A stretch of 64,000 bases of DNA from Promethearchaeota archaeon (lineage in GTDB: Archaea > Asgardarchaeota > Lokiarchaeia > Sigyniarchaeales > SOKP01). The DNA lies in NCBI GenBank assembly GCA_019058445.1, contig JAHPZA010000009.1:518310-582309 (forward strand), read 5' to 3'. The number at the start of each line of letters is the position of its first letter. Position 1 is the stretch's first letter. Under the pieces are notes generated by a model that saw only the letters and a program-made list of their open reading frames with translations, searched no databases and was not told the origin of the DNA. Positions 57,465 through 64,000 of this stretch are shown piece after piece. Both the position numbers and the translations under genes were made by a program.

Positions 57465-57591
57465 GCCGGTGTGGCTTAGCTGGTTATATGGCATAAAACC
57501 AGACCACAGCGCCAGACTCATAATCCTTCTGAAAAAATGGGTCAGACTGGATGTATTCTGGAGGTCGCGAGCTCGAATCTCGCCACCGGCA
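57465..57591 (+). tRNA. tRNA-Met(CAT), elongator type, with two introns (57488-57507 at 22/23; about 57524-57556 at 37/38 or 38/39)
   Basis: Acceptor GCCGGTG/CACCGGC-A, anticodon arm CCAGA-CTCATAA-TCTGG after splicing, T arm GCGAG-CTCGAAT-CTCGC. D-arm intron has a GGTT/GACC helix with ATA and ACA bulges. Confidence 0.85.
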
Positions 57592-57637
57592 CTCTTTTTA
57601 TCTTAGCTTAAGAATATCTTAATAACTATCTTACATT

Positions 57638-58282
57638 TTGAATCTTATGAAATTTAAAGAGATGATAAAACAATATAAATCTTGGCCGTTAAGTGCTCAT
57701 ACAATTACGATTATCATTCCAGTATTTACTATTCTAACATTAATATCCATAATTCTTTTCGGCCCTACTTTTTCTTTTATTGAACATCATATGAGTACAT
57801 TAGGAACCCAACGTTGGAATCCGAATGGATTTTTCTTTTTTGATATCGCCTGTATTATAACTGGAATTCTATTATTTCCCTTTTTCTATGGAACTAAAGA
57901 CTGGACTACTGAAAATAGAATATCGAACATTTTCCTCTACATATTTATCGTTATTGGATTTGTGGCTTCTTTTGGAATTATCATGCAAGCAATTTTTCGC
58001 GGAGATTTTCAGCCATGGCATTGGATATATAGTGCCGTTCATTGGATTGCTAACTTTTTCTTCTTGGCAATTGCTCCTATTCCTTTATGGAGACATAAAA
58101 AATATTATAGATCCATTACAATAATTTGCGTTATCGCCACAATCTTTAACTTTATATATGTAATCACAGCTGGTGTATATCCTTGGATTGAGTGGATAAC
58201 CGCAGCGACATCCTTCGCCTTTGGTGCTTTACTAGCCAGAAACATGGTAAAGGAAGATTTTCCCTCCACTTTTAAAAGTTAA
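57638..58282 (+). CDS. DUF998-like membrane protein
   Basis: 'FSF..H.MSTLGT...NP.G.FFFD...I.TG', conserved His, 'W.EW' in the last TM. Confidence 0.65.
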   Translation: MNLMKFKEMIKQYKSWPLSAHTITIIIPVFTILTLISIILFGPTFSFIEHHMSTLGTQRWNPNGFFFFDIACIITGILLFPFFYGTKDWTTENRISNIFLYIFIVIGFVASFGIIMQAIFRGDFQPWHWIYSAVHWIANFFFLAIAPIPLWRHKKYYRSITIICVIATIFNFIYVITAGVYPWIEWITAATSFAFGALLARNMVKEDFPSTFKS

Positions 58283-58335
58283 TTGGCAGTTAAGGTAAAA
58301 TTAATATTCGATTAATTTATTTTTTCTATATTAAA

Positions 58336-58962
58336 ATGCCAATCAAATGGATTATTTTTGACGCAATGGGCGTAATATATAAAGTAGCAGATGATGTCAG
58401 CGACTTATTAGTTCCCTTTATTCGTTCAAAAAATAATACCCAGCCTCTTAAGGAAATATTCAAATTATACATTAAAGCAAGCTTAGGACAAATACCCCCT
58501 CAAGAGTTTTGGGCCGTATTGGGTTACGGTAAGGAATACCCTGATATAGAAACAGAATTCTTAGATAATTGGTATAGTTTTGATACTGATTTTTTAGAGG
58601 TCGCAAAAGACCTTAAAAGAAAATATAACATAGCAATGCTCTCCAATGATTTAAAAAATTGGTCTAGCTTCTTACGTAATAAGTTTAATATCAACCATTT
58701 ATTCGATGTTGTTGTTATAAGCGGAGATGTTGGTTATCGTAAACCTGATAAACGAATCTATGAAATTTTATTAAATAAAACTCAAAGTTTCGCCGAAGAA
58801 TGTTTATTTATTGATGATAAATTAGAAAATCTACAAGCAGCCTCAGAATTAGGAATAAAAACCATTAAATTTGTAAGAAACACTGATAAAGTTCCCTTTT
58901 GTTCTGAATTTGAAATTAGTAGCTTTAAAGAATTAATTCCAATACTGGAGAATTTTTATTAA
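58336..58962 (+). CDS. HAD-superfamily hydrolase
   Basis: IIFDAMGV, LSND, KPD..IY, FIDDK..N...A..LG. Confidence 0.9.
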   Translation: MPIKWIIFDAMGVIYKVADDVSDLLVPFIRSKNNTQPLKEIFKLYIKASLGQIPPQEFWAVLGYGKEYPDIETEFLDNWYSFDTDFLEVAKDLKRKYNIAMLSNDLKNWSSFLRNKFNINHLFDVVVISGDVGYRKPDKRIYEILLNKTQSFAEECLFIDDKLENLQAASELGIKTIKFVRNTDKVPFCSEFEISSFKELIPILENFY

Positions 58963-58974
58963 CAGCCGAGAAAT

Positions 58975-60141
58975 TTATTGATTGTTTTGCTCTTTTAATT
59001 GTTTTCGAAAGTTTCTTTTAAACTCCCGAAACCTTCCCTCACCCCCTTCTCCTCCTATGAATTTGGGTAAGAAGAATCTTGCTCGGGCGTAATCCATAAA
59101 TATGGTAGTCGTTATTAGCCCCTTAGGATCTAATGTTTTATAGAAATGAGTTAGTTGTTCGGGCAGAGCAAAAAAATCAATTATTAAATTCTTTTTAGCA
59201 GCTTGAATTTTTTTATAGATGGGCATCCAATGATCATCACTATTGAGTTCTCTCCCAGCTCCCGGGACCCACTGAACTCCATTAATCGCAGGAATTGAAA
59301 GAACATCATCTAAATGTTTAAGAGCATCAGGACCATCTAAATGATATAAACAATAATCCAGATTCTCAGCTTGAGAAACAATATCTGGCAATGCAAAACG
59401 TTTAAACCATTTAGGAGAAAGAAAAGCACTGAAATCGCATTGAAGTGGATACCATGGTTTATGACACCATAAATTCATCCAACTATTTATCCCATCTGAA
59501 TATTGTTGTATAATCTTTTGAAGATCATTAATTACTTTCATTAATTTTTCAAGAATTATAGCTCTACAAGTATCAATTAATTCTGGATTTCTTTTCATTG
59601 TTAAAATGAGTTTTGTAGGACCTAAAAATGAAGAAAGAATATCCAAAACTCCCCCTATATCGGTTGTACCTACATTATAGTCCTTTCCCGCTCGTTTTGC
59701 TGCAATTTCAGTGGTTTTCATAAGTCTGGCATACCAGGGATTATTCATATTAAGTTTTGCTTCCTCCAATATCGTTACGATCTCATTAACAGGGGTATCT
59801 TTATGAAACCATACAGTTCTAGACTGAGGTTTAGGCTCAATTCCAAAAACAGCAGCCATTATTCCAGGTCCATAGTAAGGTCGAAAGTTAGGGATATTTT
59901 CTCCACCAAAATAAAAAATTCGTGAAGTTGCTTCATACATATCTATAGCAATATCTACGTCATCCCAAAATTGAGTTAAGTAAATAGGATCAAAGAATTC
60001 GAGCACTGTTTCGGTATCCGGGATCTTCTCTCCTAATCTCGGATTCCAGTATGATATACAAGGGCGATCAATGATTTCATGGTCCCACCATGCTTTCAAA
60101 CGTTCTTTTGCTTCATTGATATCTTCTTTAAACCTACTCAT
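58975..60141 (-). CDS. Uroporphyrinogen decarboxylase/MtaA-like (corrinoid methyltransferase-related) protein
   Basis: AWW..E..DRP, GPG.MA, LQCDFS..LSP..F..F.LP, YHLDG, VQWVPGAG. Confidence 0.7.
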   Translation of the reverse strand: MSRFKEDINEAKERLKAWWDHEIIDRPCISYWNPRLGEKIPDTETVLEFFDPIYLTQFWDDVDIAIDMYEATSRIFYFGGENIPNFRPYYGPGIMAAVFGIEPKPQSRTVWFHKDTPVNEIVTILEEAKLNMNNPWYARLMKTTEIAAKRAGKDYNVGTTDIGGVLDILSSFLGPTKLILTMKRNPELIDTCRAIILEKLMKVINDLQKIIQQYSDGINSWMNLWCHKPWYPLQCDFSAFLSPKWFKRFALPDIVSQAENLDYCLYHLDGPDALKHLDDVLSIPAINGVQWVPGAGRELNSDDHWMPIYKKIQAAKKNLIIDFFALPEQLTHFYKTLDPKGLITTTIFMDYARARFFLPKFIGGEGGEGRFREFKRNFRKQLKEQNNQ

Positions 60142-60277
60142 ATTTTTAAAATAAAATGACTATTCTGTTATTAGTTAGGTTTTGAATACAAATGAATTAA
60201 GATTTTCTGTTTATTTTAATCGACTCTTTCATGGTGAATTAAATAATATTTTTTAATTCAGTTTCTTAAAATTAGTT

Positions 60278-61843
60278 ATGGAACGATTTAATTCAGATAA
60301 GATTTCAGCTGAAGATGTGGCAATTGCAGATAATAATGCCCAGTGGTTAGGAATTCCCTTGGGGCATTTAATGGAGTGTGCGGGTTATTCAATAGCAGTT
60401 GAAATTGTCGAAAGGTATAAATTAAAAAAGGGCGATAAAGTTGCCATATTTTGCGGGACAGGAAATAACGGAGGAGATGGTTTCGTTGTTGCTCGACATC
60501 TTTCAGCATTTCATGTGAATTCTATTGTATTTCTTTTAGGATTACCTGAAAAAATTCGAACTAAAGAATCGAAATTCAATTGGGATATTATAGTACGCTA
60601 TTTAGGCGTTTCTGTTGAAACTTTTGTTATTCGTGATTCTACAGAAATTAAAGATTATCTCATTTCAGAAAAAAAATGTAAGGATGTAAAACTGCTTGTA
60701 GATGGGCTATTAGGCACAGGAGTAAAAGGAAAAATCAGAGAACCCATATCAACTGCAATTGATTTAATTAATGGACTACATGAACAAATGAAGATTCCCG
60801 TAATCGCAATAGATTTACCGTCTGGATTAAATCCAAATACGGGGGAAGTGCTTGATAAAGCTATTAAATCTGACTTAGTTATTGGGTTACACCGAATTAA
60901 GAAAGGTCTTAGCCAAGATAGTGATTATATTGGTAAAATAATAATTAAATCAATAGGAATTCCTCAAGAAGCGGATATATTTGTTGGAAAAGGAGATCTC
61001 ATTCCCACTTTAAAAACTAGAAAAATCGATAATCATAAAGGACAGTTTGGAAGACTTTTAGTGATTGGCGGTTCAAAGAATTACTCGGGAGCTCCAGCAT
61101 ATAGTTCTCTAACAGGGATTAATTTTGGATGTGATTTAGTAATTACTTATGTTCCGCAAGTTATTAGTGATGTGCTAAGAAATTATTCACCTAATATGAT
61201 TGTGAGATCTAGTCCCGGAGACTGGTTAAGTATCAATGCTCTAGATGAAATCAAATGGTTAATTGACTGGTCAAACTCTATAGTTATCGGTCCCGGTTTA
61301 GGAGAGCAAAAAGAAACTGAGGAACTTCTTGTTAAATTAATAAAATACATAAGTAAAGAAAATAAATCTTTAGTTCTTGATGCTGATGGTTTAAAGTTAA
61401 TGAAGAATCATCTTGATTTAATTAAAGGACGATCAGTGATATTAACACCTCATGAAGGAGAATTGAAAATCCTCACTGGAATAGAATTACCTCCATATGA
61501 TAAAATCGAAGAGCGAGGAAACATTATATTTAATTTAGCAAAGGAACTAGACCTCACCCTTTTGATAAAAGGCCCTTACGATTATATCTGTAATGGAAAA
61601 AAATTGAAGATTAATAGAACTGGGTGCCCAGAAATGTCTATTGGCGGAACCGGTGACGTATTAGCGGGATTATGTGGTTGTTTTCTCACCACCGAAAATG
61701 AACCTTTTCAATCTGCATGTTCTGCTGCTTTTTTCAATGGATTTTTAGGGGAATACGTTCGCAAAAATCTCGGATCACGATTTACCGCTATGGATATGAT
61801 TGCTAACATCAACAAGGCGATCTTAGATTTATTAAGTCAATAG
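60278..61843 (+). CDS. nnr: Bifunctional NAD(P)H-hydrate epimerase/dehydratase
   Basis: LMECAG, GNNGGDG, DGLLGTG, DLPSG (YjeF-N); HKG.FG, IGPGLG, LDADGL, TPHEGE, GGTGDVLAG (NnrD). Confidence 0.93.
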   Translation: MERFNSDKISAEDVAIADNNAQWLGIPLGHLMECAGYSIAVEIVERYKLKKGDKVAIFCGTGNNGGDGFVVARHLSAFHVNSIVFLLGLPEKIRTKESKFNWDIIVRYLGVSVETFVIRDSTEIKDYLISEKKCKDVKLLVDGLLGTGVKGKIREPISTAIDLINGLHEQMKIPVIAIDLPSGLNPNTGEVLDKAIKSDLVIGLHRIKKGLSQDSDYIGKIIIKSIGIPQEADIFVGKGDLIPTLKTRKIDNHKGQFGRLLVIGGSKNYSGAPAYSSLTGINFGCDLVITYVPQVISDVLRNYSPNMIVRSSPGDWLSINALDEIKWLIDWSNSIVIGPGLGEQKETEELLVKLIKYISKENKSLVLDADGLKLMKNHLDLIKGRSVILTPHEGELKILTGIELPPYDKIEERGNIIFNLAKELDLTLLIKGPYDYICNGKKLKINRTGCPEMSIGGTGDVLAGLCGCFLTTENEPFQSACSAAFFNGFLGEYVRKNLGSRFTAMDMIANINKAILDLLSQ

Positions 61844-62009
61844 AAAGATCAATTTTTAGGTTTGAACTTTTTTGTTCACAAAAATAAAAATTTTAAGAAA
61901 TCAGTTGCTTTTCGAAATTAAAAAAAATATATAAAGACGTTATATATTATAATTATAAGAAAAAAATTTTTGTTGTCAAAAATTGTTAAGGTATCTCGAG
62001 GTATTATAA

Positions 62010-62870
62010 ATGGGATTACAAGTATTTCTTATCAATCCGGATGGAACCACTACAGAACTCCAAACTGGTGGTCCAATTAAAGATATGCTTAAAACGGATG
62101 AAAGTTATGTTATTGTTGCGGATGATGTGCGAAAGGTGTTTCTATGGAAAGGCATAACTAGTTCTGTAAGGTCTAAATTTATCGGCGCAAAAAGGAGTCA
62201 GGAAATTAGGGGGCAAGTTGGAATGCATTATGGTGTTGTTCCCCTGGATGAGGGTGAAGAAACTCCCGAATTTATAAATATAATAGGGGGAAAAACTGAA
62301 GCAGGAATTGCTAAGGAAATCAAAGAGGAGAAAGCCGCACATCCTATTCCTAGTGCAAGTAGTGGAGGTGGTGGTGGAGGTCACCCGTTAAGAGAAAAAC
62401 CGATATTTGGGGCGCCAGAACCCGCGGAAGGTATGAACATTGCGGGGAGTCAAACAAGGTCTGCTCAAAATGTAGGGCCCCTCTATACGGGTCAAGAAGC
62501 CCAATATTTTCAAGAAGACTTACAGGTAAATTTCGATCAAATTATGGCTAAATTGGAAGAAATAAAAATTCCGGATGGATATGAAAGAGAAATGATTATA
62601 ATTGGTAATCATGCTTATTCGGTTGTTGAAAAAGTAAAAACATTCTTGGGAGAAAAGCAAGTCGAGAAAGCAATTGAAGAAATTGGAACAATCCCAGAAG
62701 GAATTTTCTTTGCTCAAAATTACTCTCCAAGGATACTCTCAGAAAGCGGAAAAATTTTAGCTATAGAATTTTTAAAGCGCATCGGACCAGGAAAAGCTCA
62801 GCCAGTTGAATTTAAGGATAAAAAACAAATTCTTAAAAACCAAATTAAAATGCAACTTCAAGGGAAATAA
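62010..62870 (+). CDS. Gelsolin-domain protein (single gelsolin domain, Gly/Pro linker, C-terminal domain)
   Basis: 'ESYVIV...KVFLWKG..SSVRSKF.GA...VVPLDEGEETPEF' gelsolin-repeat signature. Confidence 0.8.
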   Translation: MGLQVFLINPDGTTTELQTGGPIKDMLKTDESYVIVADDVRKVFLWKGITSSVRSKFIGAKRSQEIRGQVGMHYGVVPLDEGEETPEFINIIGGKTEAGIAKEIKEEKAAHPIPSASSGGGGGGHPLREKPIFGAPEPAEGMNIAGSQTRSAQNVGPLYTGQEAQYFQEDLQVNFDQIMAKLEEIKIPDGYEREMIIIGNHAYSVVEKVKTFLGEKQVEKAIEEIGTIPEGIFFAQNYSPRILSESGKILAIEFLKRIGPGKAQPVEFKDKKQILKNQIKMQLQGK

Positions 62871-63029
62871 TAAACTTCTTTTATTTTTTGTCCCTATAAC
62901 ACACCATTTTAATAGATTAGTTTCAATTCAATTTTTAAATACCATCTCCGAAATATAGATTTTTAAAGATAAAACCCTTTATAATATTAAAAAATAATAA
63001 AATTAAAACTCGAATAAGTTTCCGTAAAC

Positions 63030-63419
63030 ATGTCAAATTTAACACCTGAAGAGGCTAAAAGTTTATCAAATTTTTTAGCGAATATAACAGAGCATACTGA
63101 ACTAGAAGCACTTGCCCTTGTTACAAACGAGGGTCTCCGACTCGCATTTTCATGTATCCCTGGATATGAAATCGATCCCGATTTATTTTCGAGTTTAAGT
63201 GCTGTAGTAATGAAAAGCGGAACTGACGCAATAACTACACTTGGATACCATAATATGTTAGAAGTGGTGTTAAGAGGAGAAGATGCTTTCATCATATTGA
63301 GTGCGGCAGGACGTTTTTTCCTTATGGGAGGATCTAGACAAATAGCAGATTTAGGGAAAGTCGTGAGTGTATTTAGATATTATTCTGGAGAGATTGCAAA
63401 AAGGTATCCGCAAATCTGA
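63030..63419 (+). CDS. Roadblock/LAMTOR2 domain protein
   Basis: ALALVTNEGL, FSSLSA, EVVLRGE, DLG.V. Confidence 0.8.
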   Translation: MSNLTPEEAKSLSNFLANITEHTELEALALVTNEGLRLAFSCIPGYEIDPDLFSSLSAVVMKSGTDAITTLGYHNMLEVVLRGEDAFIILSAAGRFFLMGGSRQIADLGKVVSVFRYYSGEIAKRYPQI

Positions 63420-63629
63420 GCCATAGATCCCCAATTTGTTTAAATGAGGAAACTTTTCCAGTTATAGTTAAATCCACCAAAAATTAAACATATTATTAAA
63501 GATATAAATCAAAATTAATCCATATTTTATATATTCAAATAAACTCAAAATTTAAATAAAGTAAGTTTCTTAAAACATTCAGACAAGTTTGACAAGTTCT
63601 TTTTAAAGAAATAATTTGTGATTTTAATC

Positions 63630-64000
63630 ATGCCAGAAATTAAGATTTTTGTTGATGTAAAAGATGATACTACTAATAAAATTATAATAAGCACTAACAA
63701 TGCTGAAAAATTAGGAGTATCAGCAGGTGTTACCATAGAAATATTCAATCCTGATAATAATTTAAATACCACTGGAATAGTAGATATTTCCGAGATGGCT
63801 CTTGATTTTGCAGGTCAAATTTCAAAAGATATTATTGATAAATTGCAATTCACAGGAATAGAATTAGTCTTAAGGACTACAACTGCAGCGGCACCCCAAC
63901 CCTCTCCAGCACCAAAATTAGAAGCTCCTACCCCCCATATGCCAGGTACGTCACCAAAGCCTTCTGTAACCCAATTCACTCCAATGCCTCAACCCACTCC
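63630..64000 (+). CDS. Partial ORF: double-psi-barrel (CDC48-N-like) domain followed by a Pro/Thr-rich linker
   Basis: MPEIKIFVDV...IIISTNNAEKLGVSAGVTIEI...GQISKDIIDKL...AAAPQPSPAPKLEAPTP; runs off the window edge. Confidence 0.55.
   Translation, partial: MPEIKIFVDVKDDTTNKIIISTNNAEKLGVSAGVTIEIFNPDNNLNTTGIVDISEMALDFAGQISKDIIDKLQFTGIELVLRTTTAAAPQPSPAPKLEAPTPHMPGTSPKPSVTQFTPMPQPT

Noticed and set aside
57465-57591. tRNA(CAT) as initiator Met or Ile2
   Set aside because: It has G1-C72 and lacks the A1-U72 and GGG/CCC anticodon stem of initiators. The GCC-starting acceptor fits archaeal elongator Met better than Ile2, though this was not verified by search.
1901-63772. Short antisense or overlapping ORFs in the track (e.g. 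1901-2122, 3677-4123, 11984-12268, 19728-19955, 33193-33423, 33999-34274, 44387-44743, 45449-45802, 62987-63295, 63545-63772)
   Set aside because: They are shadows of longer, motif-bearing genes on the opposite strand or in another frame, with no recognisable features.

Overview
AT-rich archaeal chromosome segment, most consistent with an Asgard (Lokiarchaeia/Promethearchaeota-like) genome. The evidence is a gelsolin-domain protein, three roadblock/LAMTOR-type proteins, longin/uDENN-like proteins, BHB-intron tRNAs and archaeal mevalonate/isoprenoid genes. The left part (1-26 kb) holds HMG-CoA reductase, an HMG-CoA synthase with a DUF35-like tail, a cis-prenyltransferase, a GCS2 ligase/amidohydrolase pair, and an NfeD-flotillin-carbonic anhydrase cluster. 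The central ~29.5 kb (26.0-55.5 kb) looks like one co-regulated system. Almost every transcription unit there is preceded by a T-rich promoter element (TTTTTT[C/A]TTTAWAWA) instead of the A-rich BRE seen in the flanks. The block encodes a divergent TFB with an altered BRE-reading helix, a second TFB/cyclin-like protein, a membrane-anchored HerA/VirB4-like pseudo-ATPase operon with an HhH membrane protein, and pilin-like small membrane proteins. It also encodes a set of divergent repair paralogs (nuclease-dead Hef, RadB-like, FEN1, SWIM-inserted Hel308) and an MglB/MglA-like module. It is a candidate alternative-TFB regulon for DNA exchange and recombination. The right part has two intron-containing tRNAs (tRNA-Thr with an apparent 8/9 intron and a decoy acceptor strand in its leader; tRNA-Met with two introns), Nnr, gelsolin and a roadblock protein. 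Several genes appear to start at ATA/ACG/ATT codons. All protein calls come from motif recognition by eye; no searches were run.
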